Part shown: piece by piece, positions 40,682-57,655 of the stretch
Layout: every line of letters begins with the position of its first letter
How positions within the stretch are numbered: position 1 is the stretch's first letter
Origin: Chrysomallon squamiferum
Taxonomy: Eukaryota; Animalia; Mollusca
Reading direction: 5' to 3'
Assembly: GCA_012295275.1 (NCBI GenBank)
Contig: CM022667.1
Location: forward strand, 10,292,001 to 10,356,000
DNA length: 64,000 bases
Program-made: the position numbers and the translations under genes
The notes under the pieces: model-generated
The model's database searches: none
Told to the model about the DNA's origin: nothing
Seen by the model: the letters and a program-made list of their open reading frames with translations, nothing else

Positions 40682-41072
40682 TCAGAATTTAATTGTGTTA
40701 TATCCGACTTGATATTTATTTATTTATTTATTTATTTATTTATTTGTTTGTTTGTTTGTTTGTTTGTTTTATTTTATTTTATTTTATTTTATTTATAACC
40801 GACTATTAGGGAAGTTCTCAAAACGCAACCCAAATCCATAATTATTTGAAGATGTGAAAGTTAATGTGTAATGTTCTTTAGAATCCAGTCAGTAGGTTTT
40901 AGACGATATTGGTGACTGTTGAGAATCTGACCCTACTGAATATTACAGACACATTAACTGAACAAAATAATAATAATAATAATAATAATAAAAATCAAAA
41001 ATCAAAAGTAAAAAAAAACCACCCACTTACGACATGTCAAGAAAAAATATATTATGACTGATTATTTTCTTT

Positions 41073-41107
<35 letters not shown>

Positions 41108-41180
41108 AAAAAAAAAAAAAAAAATACGAAGAGAAAGAATCAAAATTGAAAGAAAGGAAAGAAAAGAAAATATTAATAGT

Positions 41181-41473
41181 AAACTTTAAAACTCGTTATT
41201 AATAGAGAGGAAATAAAGGCAAGTTACATACAGTCTGTCATCAGAAGTTATTTAAACTTTAAAACTCGTTATTAATAGAGAGGAAATAAAGGCAAGTTAC
41301 ATACAGTCTGTCATCAGAAGTTATTTAAACTTTAAAACTCGTTATTAATAGAGAAGAAATAAAGGCAAGTTACATACAGTCTGTCATCAGAAGTTATTTA
41401 AACTTTAAAACTCGTTATTAATAGAGAGGAAATAAAGGCAAGTTACATACAGTCTGTCATCAGAAGTTATTTT
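41181..41473 (+). repeat. 73-bp VNTR within array units (4 copies here)
   Basis: aaactttaaaactcgttattaatagagaggaaataaaggcaagttacatacagtctgtcatcagaagttattt. Copy number per unit: 1 (32346), 3 (36806), 4 (41181), 3 (45863), 3 (50266). Confidence 0.92.
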
Positions 41474-41790
41474 TAATCATACTGAGATCGTCCCTGTCGT
41501 AAAATGTTTTAAAGTCATTCGCGTGACGTGTATTGTTCAGTAATCCACCCCATGAAAGAACAGCAAACCAGTGTTACTAGCCGAAGTAAGATCATCGCCA
41601 GTTGATAAGAGGTCAATAACAAAATATTTACTTGTGGGCTAATTAAAATACAACGGAATACGTAGTGTATTTTACAGAGAGTCGGCTTCGCCAAGCTCTG
41701 GTAGACTTTAATTATGTCGAGGACCGAATCTGACATTTTGTATCTTGGCATATTTTTAAAAGTATCATTCCGTCAACTTGTCTATTAAAA

Positions 41791-41867
<77 letters not shown>

Positions 41868-42250
41868 TAACCTGTAAATATTGATTCGGAAGTCCACCTT
41901 TACCTAAAACATAATCCGCCTCTCCTTCGAAATACGACTTTGTACTTAGTTGTCGCATATCGAGTTAGTGTAATTTTACCTTAGTACTGTTTGTATTATA
42001 AAGCAGCCGGTCTTCTCAATAGTCACAATTGTTGTTGTTAACGTTTTTGTTTGTTTTTTTGTAGGGTTTTTTTGGTGTTTTTTTTGTGGGATTTTTTAAA
42101 ATGAAATTCTCTTAAAGATAACAGATAACAGAAAGTGGCACTGAACAATATAAAACTGAATGAGGTTCTGACGTAAAGGTTCTGAGAAATGAAAAGTTAT
42201 TACTACTATTACTTCTATTATTGTTATTGTTATAGTAATTGTTATTGTTA

Positions 42251-42324
<74 letters not shown>

Positions 42325-42577
42325 TTTATTTTCTGCCAGTAGAAGCAAAACTGTCAAACAGGCGAACGTTTATCTCACGACAGCGTTTTCTTCTCAGTTT
42401 CATCCTAAACCAGTCACAACATTCACAGTTGTTGATACCAGACTGTGCTGGCGTTTCTACGTTTTTATTTTTATTTATTTATTTTTATTTTATTTTATTT
42501 TTTTTTTTTTTTTTATTATTCTGTTGTTGTTGTTTTTTTTAAAATAAGAATTAACCGTGTTATATGCGATTCGATAT

Positions 42578-42612
<35 letters not shown>

Positions 42613-42817
42613 TATAAATTGCCCGCAGAGACAAGTTTAAAAACTGCTAAGAGTCTGTTTGTTGTTTGTTTACTGTGTTGATATACTCCATGGAAGTAAC
42701 CTCTGACTTAAAAATTAGCAATGTAGGATTGAATCAAAATAAGTAATTCATTCATTCATTCATTCATTCATTCATTCTGTTTTGTTTTGTTTTGTTTTGT
42801 TTTTGTTTTTGTTTATT

Positions 42818-42852
<35 letters not shown>

Positions 42853-43295
42853 TTACCGACTTCTAGGCAAGTTCTCACAATCGCAACCTAACAGCATTAA
42901 AACAACTGTATTAAAACATGCACAGTATAAGATTAACACCAAATAAAGAAATTAATTTTTGTATCACTGACCTTGATTTGAAGACGTGAAAATTACTGTG
43001 AAATATTCTTCCCAAATCAATCAGCACGCCACTCTGCCGAGGAGAATGATATGTTGTTTCGTTACTATGTCGTTTGTTTACCGTGTTGCTATGATCAGTT
43101 TAACTGCTTCCATGTAAGTCACCTCTACGTTAAAAAACGAGCAGTGTAAGATTATATCCCAAATAAGATACTTATCTATTTATTTATTTTATTTTATTTG
43201 TTTATCTATTTGTTTATTTATTTATTTATTTACTTACTTCCATATTTATTTTATTTGTCTTATTTTATTTATTTATTTATTTATTTATTTGTTTT

Positions 43296-43326
<31 letters not shown>

Positions 43327-43837
43327 ATTTATGACCGTCTTCCAGGGAAGTGAAGTTCTCAAAATCGCACCCTGAATGCATAATCACTGTATTAAAATAT
43401 AACAACAAACAGTAGTTAAAAACCTCTGCAATATAATATTAATTCCAAATAAAGGATTATTTTTTTATATATACCTGACCGTGATTTGACGTTGTGAAAA
43501 TTAACCATTTTAAACTATAAACATTTAAATATCGTTTCCGTTACCTAAAACATAATCCGCCTGTTCCCCCCCCCCCCTCATCCGATTTTCTACAGTCGCT
43601 GACCTTTTGCTCAAGTGGCCGCATGACAAGTTACAGTTATATATTTTTTTTCTGTTTTCTGTCGCATACCAGTTCAGTATTACAAATGACTCACTCGACT
43701 CAGTTTCACCCTATAATACTCGCTACAAATACAAAACTATTCACAACTTCTGACAAGTCTGGGTTTGTTTTTTCTTGGATTCCTTCTTTGTTTGTTCGTT
43801 TTCAAAATATTGGGGCATGGCTAAATATCTTAGATCT

Positions 43838-43939
<102 letters not shown>

Positions 43940-44017
43940 TAATCGGGAGCGAGAGAGACAGAGAGACAGACAGAGACAGAGAGAGAGATAATCGGGGAGA
44001 GAAAGACAGAAATAATT

Positions 44018-44108
<91 letters not shown>

Positions 44109-44423
44109 AAGGTAATATAATATGATAAAGAAGTTTTTAGAAGTTGAATGCTTTTGGGTTTAACGAAAAAGAATGAACATTTAATTTTTGACAAATATTT
44201 ATATACGGCCCGTTGATGGACTTTCAATGGGGTTTTTTGTAGTTTTTTTTAAAATTTGTCATGAAGGTATCAAAGCAATCATTCATTAATTTACTTTTCA
44301 CATGTAAATACGACCTCTAATGCATTGAACATGGAAATAAATATTATTCAAAAAAAACAAAAAAAAAACAACAAGAATTATAATGGTTTCAAGTATCGTT
44401 TTACAACTATATACTCAGAGCTG

Positions 44424-44492
<69 letters not shown>

Positions 44493-45327
44493 TATATATT
44501 AAAGAAATTAATCTTTAGCCCACTCACCTTGTTTCAGAATTAAATTGTAGCTTTGAAATATTGTTTCCAATCCAGTCAGTACGATTTATGTGGTGGTTTA
44601 AAATATAAACTTTTAAAATCGTGATTAAACAGAACAATCAGCAGGCAAGTTACATATAATGTGTTGTCAAATGTTATTTTCATCGATGTATTTTGCTATA
44701 AACATACAACTGTGTTATATCAGATTCGATATTGATTTATTTATTTAAAATGCCATCAGAGACAAGTGCAATAATTAAAGCTAACGATTAGTTGCTTCGT
44801 TACTATGTTTTCTTGTTTATTATGTTGTTATAGTCAGTTTGACCGACTTCCATAGACGTAACCTCCACTTTAAAAAATAATCAATGTAAGATTAAATCCA
44901 AATTATTTATTTATGACCGACCTCTAGGGAAGTTCTCAAAATCGCAAGCGAAGACATTCACAATATAAGATTAACACCTAACAAAGAAATTAATTCTTAT
45001 AGCACTCACACTGACGTGAACATGTTAAAATTAATGTGTAATATATTTTTTCGAATCGATTCAGTAGGTTTTACTCGCTACAGAAAATCAGGCGAAGACC
45101 ACACGCAGACACATTCACTGATCAGGGAGAAAACAGAAGAAAAATAATTAAGTTGTTGCATACCGAGTTAGAGTAATATTACCATAGCAGTGTTTGTATT
45201 TCAATTGAGCCGTTTTCAGTTTCACCCTAAAGCATTCAAAGTATTCCAAGTTTTCTTTTACTTTTTTCTTTTGTTTTGTTTTGTTGTTTTTTCTGTTTTC
45301 TTGTTTGTTCGATCGTTTTGGGGTGTT

Positions 45328-45365
<38 letters not shown>

Positions 45366-46390
45366 TCAGAATTAATTGTGTTATATCCGACTTGATATTT
45401 ATTTATTTATTTATTTATTTATTTGTTTGTTTGTTTGTTTGTTTGTTTTATTTTAATTTATTTTATTTTATTTATAACCGACTATTAGGGAAGTTCTCAA
45501 AACGCAACCCAAATCCATAATTATTTGAAGATGTGAAAGTTAATGTGTAATGTTCTTTAGAATCCAGTCAGTAGGTTTTAGACGATATTGGTGACTGTTG
45601 AGAATCTGACCCTACTGAACATTACAGACACATTAACTGAACAAAATAATAATAATAATAATAATAATAAAAATCAAAAATCAAAAGTAAAAAAAACCCA
45701 CCCACTTACGACATGTCAAGAAAAAATATATTATGACTGATTATTTTCTTTTATATATATATATATATATATATAATAATAATAATCAAAAAAACAAAAA
45801 CAAAAATACGAAGAGAAAGAATCAAAATTGAAAGAAAGGAAAGAAAAGAAAATATTAATAGTAAACTTTAAAACTCGTTATTAATAGAGAGGAAATAAAG
45901 GCAAGTTACATACAGTCTGTCATCAGAAGTTATTTAAACTTTAAAACTCGTTATTAATAGAGAGGAAATAAAGGCAAGTTACATACAGTCTGTCATCAGA
46001 AGTTATTTAAACTTTAAAACTTGTTATTAATAGAGAGGAAATAAAGGCAAGTTATATACAGTCTGTCATCAGAAGTTATTTTTAGTCATACTGAGATCGT
46101 CCCTGTCGTAAAATGTTTCAAAGTCATTCGCGTGACGTGTATTGTTCAGTAATCCACCCACTGAAAGAACAGCAAACCAGTGTTACTAGCCGAAGTAAGA
46201 TCATCGCCAGTTGATAAGAGGTCAATAACAAAATATTTACTTGTGGGCTAATAAAATACAACGGAATACGTAGTGTATTTTACAGAGAGTCGGCTTCGTC
46301 AAGCTCTGGTAGACTTTAATTATGTTGACGACCGAATTTGACATTTTGTATCTTGGCATATTTTTAAAAGTATCATTCCGTCAACTTGTC

Positions 46391-46466
<76 letters not shown>

Positions 46467-47163
46467 TAACCTGTAAATATTGATTCGGAAGTCCCCTTTA
46501 CCTAAAACATAATCCGCCTCTCCTTCGAAATACGACTTTGTACTTAGTTGCCGTATATCGAGTTAGTGTAATTTTACCTTAATACTGTTTGTATTATAAA
46601 GCAGCCGGTCTTCTCAATAGTCACAATTGTTGTTGTTAACGTTTTTGTTTGTTTTTTTGTAGGTTTTTTTTGGTGTTTTTTTTGTGGGATTTTTTAAAAT
46701 GAAATTCTCTTAAAGATAACAGATAACAGAAAGTGGCACTGAACAATATAAAACTGAATGAGGTTCTGACGTAAAGGTTCTGAGAAATGAAAAGTTATTA
46801 CTACTATTACTTCTATTATTGTTATTGTTATAGTAATTGTTATTGTTATTGTTATTATTATTATTATTATTATTATTGTTATTATTATTATTATTTTCTG
46901 CCAGTAGAAGCAAAACTGTCAAACAGGCGAACGTTTATCTCACGACAGCGTTTTCTTCTCAGTTTCATCCTAAACCAGTCACAACATTCACAGTTGTTGA
47001 TACCAGACTGTGCTGGCGTTTATACGTTTTTATTTTTATTTATTTATTTTTATTTTATTTTATTTTATTTATTTTTTTTTTTTTTTATATTATTCTGTTG
47101 TTGTTGTTTTTTTTAAAAAATAAGAATTAACCGTGTTATATGCGATTCGATATTTATTTATTT

Positions 47164-47196
<33 letters not shown>

Positions 47197-47882
47197 TATA
47201 AATTGCCCCTCAGGGACAAGTTTAAAAACTGCTAAGAGTCTGTTTGTTGTTTGTTTACTGTGTTGCTATACTCCATGGAAGTAACCTCTGACTTAAAAAT
47301 TAGCAATGTAAGATTGAATCAAAATAAATTATTTATTTATTCATTTATTCATTCATTCATTCATTCATTCTGTTTTGTTTTGTTTTTGTTTTTGTTTTTG
47401 TTTTTGTTTATTTTATTTATTTATTTATTTATTTATTTATTACCGACTTCTAGGCAAGTTCTCACAATCGCAACCTAACATCATTAGAACCACTGTATCA
47501 AAACATGCACAGTATAAGATTAACACCAAATAAAGAAATCAATTTTTGTATCACTGACCTTGATTTGAAGACGTGAAAATTACTGTGAAATATTCTTCCC
47601 AATTCAATCAATACGCAACTCTAAGGAGAATGATATGTTGTTTCGTTACTATGTCGTATGTTTACCGTGTTGCTATGGTCAGTTTAACTGCTTCCATGTA
47701 AGTAACATCTACGTTAAAAAACGAGCAGTGTAAGATTATATCCAAATAAGATACTTATCTATTTATTTATTTTATTTTATTTGTTTATCTATTTGTTTAT
47801 TTATTTATTTATTTATTTACTTACTTCCATATTTATTTTATTTGTCTTATTTTATTTATTTATTTATTTATTTATTTGTTTT

Positions 47883-47913
<31 letters not shown>

Positions 47914-48422
47914 ATTTATGACCGTCTTCCAGGGAAGTGAAGTTCTCAAAATCGCACCCTGAATGCATAATCACTGTATTAAAATATAACAACAAACAGT
48001 AGTTAAAAACCTCTGCAATATAATATTAATTCCAAATAAAGGATTATTTTTTTTTATATATACCTGACTGTGATTTGACGTTGTGAAAATTAATCATTTT
48101 AAACTATAAACATTTAAATATCGTTTCCGTTACCTAAAACATAATCCGCCTGTTCCGCCCCCCCCCTCATCCGATTTTCTACAGTCGCTGACCTTTTGCT
48201 CAAGTGGCCGCATGACAAGTTACAGTTATATATTTTTTTTCTGTTTTCTGTCGCATACCAGTTCAGTATTACAAATGACTCACTCGACTCAGTTTCACCC
48301 TATAATACTCGCTACAAATACAAAACTATTCACAACTTCTGACAAGTCTGTGTTTGTTTTTTTTCTTGGATTCCTTCTTTGTTTGTTCGTTTTCAAAATA
48401 TTGGGGTAAATATCTTAGATCT

Positions 48423-48525
<103 letters not shown>

Positions 48526-48844
48526 AAGGTAATATAATATGATAAAGAAGTTTTTAGAAGTTGAATGCTTTTGGGTTTAACGAAAAAGAATGAACATTTA
48601 ATTTTTGACAAATATTTATATACGGCCCGTTGATGGACTTTCAATGGGGTTTTTTGTAGTTTTTTTTTAAAATTTGTCATGAAGGTATCAAAGCAATCAT
48701 TCATTAATTTACTTTTCACATGTAAATACGACCTCTAATGCATTGAACATGGAAATAAATATTATTAAAAAAAACAACAAAAAAAAACCCAACAAGAATT
48801 AAAATGGTTTCAAGTATCGTTTTACAACTATATACTCAGAGCTG

Positions 48845-48895
<51 letters not shown>

Positions 48896-50158
48896 TATAT
48901 ATTAAAGAAATTAATCTTTAGCCCACTCACCTTGTTTCAGAATTAAATTGTAGCTTTGAAATATTGTTTCCAATCCAGTCAGTACGATTTATGTGGTGGT
49001 TTAAAATATAAACTTTTAAAATCGTGATTAAACAGAACAATCAGCAGGCAAGTTACATATAATGTGTTGTCAAATGTTATTTTCATCGATGTATTTTGCT
49101 ATAAACATACAACTGTGTTATATCAGATTCGATATTGATTTATTTATTTAAAATGCCATCAGAGACAAGTGCAATAATTAAAGCTAACGATTAGTTGCTT
49201 CGTTACTATGTTTTCTTGTTTATTATGTTGTTATAGTCAGTTTGACCGACTTCCATAGACGTAACCTCCACTTTAAAAAATAATCAATGTAAGATTAAAT
49301 CCAAATTATTTATTTATGACCGACCTCTAGGAAGGTTCTCAAAATCGCAAGCGAAGACATTCACAATATAAGATTAACACCTAACAAAGAAATTAATTCT
49401 TATAGCACTCACACTGACGTGAACATGTTAAAATTAATGTGTAATATTTTTTTCGAATCGATTCAGTAGGTTTTACTCGCTACAGAAAATCAGGCGAAGA
49501 CCACACGCAGACACATTCACTGATCAGGGAGAAAACAGAAGAAAAATAATTAAGTTGTTGCATACCGAGTTAGAGTAATATTACCATAGCAGTGTTTGTA
49601 TTTCAATTGAGCCGTTTTCAGTTTCACCCTAAAGCATTCAAAGTATTCCAAGTTTTCTTTTACTTTTTTCTTTTGTTTTGTTTTGTTGGGTTTTTTTTCT
49701 GTTTTCTTGTTTGTTCGATCGTTTTGGGGTGTTTATTTTTATTTTTTTTTTTTTTTTTTTTTTTTTTAGATCAGAATTAATTGTGTTATATCCGACTTGA
49801 TATTTATTTATTTATTTATTTATTTATTTTTGTTTGTTTGTTTGTTTGTTTGTTTTATTTTAATTTTATTTTATTTTTTATTTATAACCGACTATTAGGG
49901 AAGTTCTCAAAACGCAACCCAAATCCATAATTATTTGAAGATGTGAAAGTTAATGTGTAATGTTCTTTAGAATCCAGTCAGTAGGTTTTAGACGATATTG
50001 GTGACTGTTGAGAATCTGACCCTACTGAACATTACAGACACATTAACTGAACAAAATAATAATAATAATAATAATAATAAAAATCAAAAATCAAAAAAAA
50101 AAACCCACCCACTTACGACATGTCAAGAAAAAATATATTATGACTGATTATTTTCTTT

Positions 50159-50193
<35 letters not shown>

Positions 50194-50797
50194 AAAAAAA
50201 AAAAAAAAATACGAAGAGAAAGAATCAAAATTGAAAGAAAGGAAAGAAAAGAAAATATTAATAGTAAACTTTAAAACTCGTTATTAATAGAGAGGAAATA
50301 AAGGCAAGTTACATACAGTCTGTCATCAGAAGTTATTTAAACTTTAAAACTCGTTATTAATAGAGAGGAAATAAAGGCAAGTTACATACAGTCTGTCATC
50401 AGAAGTTATTTAAACTTTAAAACTCGTTATTAATAGAGAGGAAATAAAGGCAAGTTACATACAGTCTGTCATCAGAAGTTATTTTTAATCATACTGAGAT
50501 CGTCCCTGTCGTAAAATGTTTCAAAGTCATTCGCGTGACGTGTATTGTTCAGTAATCCACCCACTGAAAGAACAGCAAACCAGTGTTACTAGCCGAAGTA
50601 AGATCATCGCCAGTTGATAAGAGGTCAATAACAAAATATTTACTTGTGGGCTAATAAAATACAACGGAATACGTAGTGTATTTTACAGAGAGTCGGCTTC
50701 GTCAAGCTCTGGTAGACTTTAATTATGTTGACGACCGAATTTGACATTTTGTATCTTGGCATATTTTTAAAAGTATCATTCCGTCAACTTGTCTATT

Positions 50798-50898
<101 letters not shown>

Positions 50899-51282
50899 TA
50901 ACCTGTAAATATTGATTCGGAAGTCCCCCTTTACCTAAAACATAATCCGCCTCTCCTTCGAAATACGACTTTGTACTTAGTTGCCGTATATCGAGTTAGT
51001 GTAATTTTACCTTAATACTGTTTGTATTATAAAGCAGCCGGTCTTCTCAATAGTCACAATTGTTGTTGTTAACGTTTTTGTTTGTTTTTTTGTAGGGTTT
51101 TTTTGGTGTTTTTTTTTGTGGGATTTTTTAAAATGAAATTCTCTTAAAGATAACAGATAACAGAAAGTGGCACTGAACAATATAAAACTGAATGAGGTTC
51201 TGACGTAAAGGTTCTGAGAAATGAAAAGTTATTACTACTATTACTTCTATTATTGTTATTGTTATAGTAATTGTTATTGTTA

Positions 51283-51353
<71 letters not shown>

Positions 51354-51878
51354 TTCTGCCAGTAGAAGCAAAACTGTCAAACAGGCGAACGTTTATCTCA
51401 CGACAGCGTTTTCTTCTCAGTTTCATCCTAAACCAGTCACAACATTCACAGTTGTTGATACCAGACTGTGCTGGCGTTTATACGTTTTTATTTTTATTTA
51501 TTTATTTTTATTTTATTTTATTTTATTTATTTTTTTTTTTTTTTTTTTTTTTATTATTCTGTTGTTGTTGTTTTTTTTAAAAAAATAAGAATTAACCGTG
51601 TTATATGCGATTCGATATTTATTTATTTAATTATTTTATTTATTTATTTATTTATTTATTTATATAAATTGCCCCTCAGGGACAAGTTTAAAAACTGCTA
51701 AGAGTCTGTTTGTTGTTTGTTTACTGTGTTGCTATACTCCATGGAAGTAACCTCTGACTTAAAAATTAGCAATGTAAGATTGAATCAAAATAAATTATTT
51801 ATTTATTCATTTATTCATTCATTCATTCATTCATTCATTTTGTTTTGTTTTTTTTTTTTTTTTTGTTTTTTTTTTATT

Positions 51879-51909
<31 letters not shown>

Positions 51910-52350
51910 TTTGTTACCGACTTCTAGGGAAGTTCTCAAAATCGCAACCTAACAGCATTAGAACCACTGTATCAAAACATGCACAGTATAAGATTAACAC
52001 CAAATAAAGAAATCAATTTTTGTATCACTGACCTTGATTTGAAGACGTGAAAATTACTGTGAAATATTCTTCCCAATTCAATCAATACGCAACTCTAAGG
52101 AGAATGATATGTTGTTTCGTTACTATGTCGTTTGTTTACTGTGTTGCTATGGTCAGTTTAACTGCTTCCATGTAAGTAACATCTACGTTAAAAAACGAGC
52201 AGTGTAAGATTATATCCAAATAAGATACTTATCTATTTATTTATTTTATTTTATTTGTTTATCTATTTGTTTATTTATTTATTTATTTATTTACTTACTT
52301 CCATATTTATTTTATTTGTCTTATTTTATTTATTTATTTATTTATTTATT

Positions 52351-52386
<36 letters not shown>

Positions 52387-52887
52387 TTATGACCGTCTTC
52401 CAGGGAAGTGAAGTTCTCAAAATCGCACCCTGAATGCATAATCACTGTATTAAAATATAACAACAAACAGTAGTTAAAAACCTCTGCAATATAATATTAA
52501 TTCCAAATAAAGGATTATTTTTTTTTATATATACCTGACTGTGATTTGACGTTGTGAAAATTAATCATTTTAAACTATAAACATTTAAATATCGTTTCCG
52601 TTACCTAAAACATAATCCGCCTGTTCGCCCCCTCATCCGATTTTCTACAGTCGCTGACCTTTTGCTCAAGTGGCCGCATGACAAGTTACAGTTATATATT
52701 TTTTTTCTGTTTTCTGTCGCATACCAGTTCAGTATTACAAATGACTCACTCGACTCAGTTTCACCCTATAATACTCGCTACAAATACAAAACTATTCACA
52801 ACTTCTGACAAGTTTGTGTTTGTTTTTTTCTTGGATTCCTTCTTTGTTTGTTCGTTTTCAAAATATTGGGGTAAATATCTTAGATCT

Positions 52888-52981
<94 letters not shown>

Positions 52982-53303
52982 ACAAAGGTAATATAATATG
53001 ATAAAGAAGTTTTTAGAAGTTGAATGCTTTTGGGTTTAACGAAAAAGAATGAACATTTAATTTTTGACAAATATTTATATACGGCCCGTTGATGGACTTT
53101 CAATGGGGTTTTTTGTAGTTTTTTTTTAAAATTTGTCATGAAGGTATCAAAGCAATCATTCATTAATTTACTTTTCACATGTAAATACGACCTCTAATGC
53201 ATTGAACATGGAAATAAATATTATTAAAAAAAACAACAAAAAAAAAAACAACAAGAATTATAATGGTTTCAAGTATCGTTTTACAACTATATACTCAGAG
53301 CTG

Positions 53304-53363
<60 letters not shown>

Positions 53364-53703
53364 CTCTAGTAAAGTTTGCAGGCACATTACTGAAAAGGTG
53401 AGGAAAAAAATAAAAGAATTACGTCAGTGGTTAAGAGCTCAATATATATTCACACAATTTCAAATTGTAATATTAAAACTACTTATGGGGTCGAGTGGAT
53501 TTCTTGTTTGCCGTTTCATTTTATTGACTTTTTATTTTTATTTTTTTTATTTTTATTTTTTTATGATAGTCTGTCTTAAAGGTAACAGAAAGTGAACAAA
53601 TACGAAACTGAGTGAGGTTACATCGTAAGAGTTCTGAGAGAGGAAAAAATGATGGTCATTTGTCTGAAATAATAAAATACTAAGGGAATTATGTCTTCTG
53701 TGC

Positions 53704-53897
53704 AAGGGAGGTTATGGCTGTCATCTGTAATTATCTTTTTTGAGTTAATTGTAATTAGTAATTGCCTCCCTTGAGTGTAAATCGTAATTAATAGTTCGAA
53801 GGTACTGTTTTTAATTCACTGGTAGCTGAAACCCAACAAAGTAATGTGAACCAGTACAGTGGTGTATTTATTTAACACTCAGGTAAAAATGGAACAC
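53704..53897 (+). repeat. ~190-bp dispersed direct repeat (copy 2)
   Basis: Matches 4733-4925 with scattered substitutions. Confidence 0.8.
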
Positions 53898-56046
53898 TGT
53901 TCAATGAAATGAGGAGTTTTCAAGTGTTATCAGTGACCTGCACTCGTGTGAGGTGAAACCTGTTGGAACTGAATTTTACATGAATAAACACGTCTGAATC
54001 TGACTTTCAACCTTAACACTTTTCAAGCTAATCTGACAGATATTACAATAACATGTGAAAAAAAAAAAAAAAAAAAATGTTTTTAATATAAGCACGTTAA
54101 AATATTTTGTTTGATCTCTACTCATTGAAATTCACTTCCATACCCTTGGTCATTTGTTTCTCCGATTATGTTGTGAAACCGAGAAATATATCTAAAACTG
54201 ATTTGTTTTCTTTTGTAACAATCTTTTCATGAAATTCTCTTTATTACCTCAAGTGATAATATCTGCAGATCTATACTAAAGTACTCACAAGTATTAGATA
54301 TGAATACGTCATGAAATTATGACACATACACCTAATGCGTACATACAGACATGCATACATAAATCAGAACAGTTTACACCAGTGTTAACTTCGGAATGAA
54401 AATAAATCAAACACAAAAGAAAAGACTGAAGAAAGGAATTAAAAATAATTATTTATTTATTATTGCATTTATTACTTTTTATCAAAGCTACATAATTATG
54501 AGAAAAAGTAAATAAAATTAAAAAGAACGGTAAGACAACTATTATAGTGAAAATTCTGATTAGCATATATATATATAAATAAGTCACAGAAGCTGTAAAT
54601 CAATCATAAATAACATGAAGGCCCTACGTAAAGCACAGTATATATGATCCACCAATGTTCATTCATTGTCACCACATGTATTTAATTAGATTGTATTTTT
54701 TGATGTCATACATGTTCATGTACAAATTATAAACAAACACAAATCATTTTTTTTTCCCCTAGCGACATGGAAATATTCAAGAAAGATTAATATTTTATTT
54801 GTTGATGATTTCTTTTTTCTTAAAACAAATCTTTGCGTCTTCTACTCTGCTCTACTGCTATGTTATGGGTCTGCTCTGTTTTTTTTATTATTTGAATTTT
54901 TTTATTTAGGGTTTTAAAATTATTAAAATTATTTTCTCTGATTTTGGACTTTTCAGTGCAAAAAATATTTTTGTTTGCAAGTAATTATTTTCTTTAATAT
55001 TCTGTACATGAAAGATGTCCTGTTTGAAATATAAAAAAATTAAAAATAATAAAATAAAATAATATAAAATAAAATAAAATAAAATTGTATATGAATTTGA
55101 TTTAAAAGAAAGCAACCTGTTATAAATCAGGAACAATCTTCATTTAACGAGTCCACAACTGTATTTCCCATTCAAACACAGCTCCCCCCCAAAAAAGTAA
55201 TTGCAAAAAAACCACAAATGATTATATACGTAGTAGTATATTATTATCTAATTATCTGACTGTTATTTCAATTATTTTGTACATTAGAAGTATTTATGTA
55301 CAGTTTTATATACATTATTCTGATAAAAGCAACAAGATTGGTTAAGTTGTTATTTCAGCTGACATAATAATATGTAAGATGGAAATACAATATAGAAAAC
55401 ACTTTGAATAAAGGTTTATATCTATGTATATATATATATATATATGCACAGGTACACAAGAAAATTAAAATGATTTAATGATAAAGATTGCACCTGTATA
55501 GTAGTGAGCTTGTTAAATTAATTGATTGAGGTAACGACAAAATGAACACATTCGTTTCTTTTTCATCTTAAACAAAAAATAATATTTAGAAAATAAGAAT
55601 TAAATTCAGAAAAAGAAAGAAGTAAAACGTGTCTTCCTAATCATTAAAATTAAAAAAATAAAATATGGGTGTCCTATCGTTATGCCTTAAACAGTGTCTG
55701 AATGTGAATCTTTCCTAAAGCCTAACTTGAACCAAGTGTAAACCTATATATGAATCAATTGTAATGCCTGAACTATGACCTACAGCAAGTATGTTTGAAA
55801 AGAAGTGATGTACCTTTTTATATGCAATAACATCTGTATGTATGTACGTACATATGTGGGTGTGTATGTGCACGTGTGTGTATGCGCGCTTTTTTAGGCA
55901 CGTGTATGTTATTACCCTGTTCATTATATGTGTGTATTACGTCTGTGTTTATGTATGCATTTATTTTTTAAATATATTAAGAATTAGGCTGGACCAACAA
56001 AAATAAAAATAAAATAAAATAAATAAAATATAAATAAATAAATATA

Positions 56047-56077
<31 letters not shown>

Positions 56078-56086
56078 AAACATAGA

Positions 56087-56124
<38 letters not shown>

Positions 56125-57572
56125 TTTTGAATGTAATTATTTTGGATGACGTTGTTAAAAATTGGAATACTTGTGACAAATAGAGAACAAATCTGTGAAC
56201 AAAATAATAATAAAAATGAAATTGTGCAATAATAGATAAAAATGGAATCACATTAAAATGTGTATATTTAAAAACAATAATAATAATAATAAACACAACA
56301 AAATAAATAAATAAATAACAGGAAAAAAAACAAAAAAAAACCACAAAAAAAACAACAACATATATCACCAACATTAAAACAAACTTTTTGAATATGGATA
56401 CTGTGATGCAGATATTCAACGAAAGAAACAAAACAGTTTCAATATTACATGAAAATGAGTTTACCATGCATCAAGGATGAACTTAAATAAACATTTAGTT
56501 GACATATAAGAATTAAAAAAATAATAATACAAAATACTGTTTACCAGTCCATCAGGCCTATCCAGCAGGCACTTTTAAAAACAATACACAACTGATGTTT
56601 AATTTATTTCAGTTAATTTAACTTTTAATTTAATTAATATTTAAATGTCCACATAGAGGGCATTTAAATGGTGCTGAAGTAGATTTTACTGAACATTTTG
56701 TGTGAACATATTATCTGTACATGTTTATTTGATGAAAATAACTGTGTTCTGCATGACTGTAATGAAATAAAATTTAATCATGTTTTTATTATTCACATAT
56801 ATACATATATATTATATATGTAAAGAATCAAATAACATCATGGGTTCTTAGTTTCTGTTTTTGCTAGTGTCAGTTATAATTTTCCTGTGTAGTTCAGGTT
56901 TAATTCTAACTGTAATAAACAGCAGGTCCTGTATTTGCTTTTGGCAAATTTGTGTTTGTACAAACCTATTTACACAGTTCAGATGAATAAAATCTTAACA
57001 AAGGGCTGAAATATGTGTGTAGTGTAGTTAAGTATGACATAAAAAATACAAATTAAAATAAAAAATTAAAATCTTAAGAAAGAACTCAAATGTTTGTAGT
57101 AATATATATAAATAAAGAAAGAGAAGACAATAATTTTTGTAAATATAATACATCTTTTTAGTATTGTTATTTCTAAAATTATTTAGGCTTTATTGGGAGC
57201 ACAGAAATCTAAATATACAAGTTATGATAATAATAATAATAATAAAATGAATATATTTTCAAAACCAAGGCATATTCTAAATGACTAATATTTTAATAAA
57301 AAGATATATTACAGGTGTTTTCAGAATAAACATTCAAAAACAAGGTATTTTTCCATCTAATATTTTATTTTTAAAAAAATATGTGAATATTAAATATTTG
57401 AATAATTGTTGTTCTTTTTTTTTCTTTTTTTTCTTTTCCTTTTAATTATAAATGATACTTGGGATTATTTTATTGTCATTGTTTATTACCAGCAAAACAC
57501 AAGTTGTCAGAAAAGGTTAAAAATCATTGATAGCCTACAAAATCTATTTAGGATGCTTGCATTAGTAATAAT

Positions 57573-57655
<83 letters not shown>

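Noticed and set aside
53381-53403. ggcacattactgaaaaggtgagg resembling a plus-strand exon-1 end
   Set aside because: The match is too short and no SAMHD1 exons follow.
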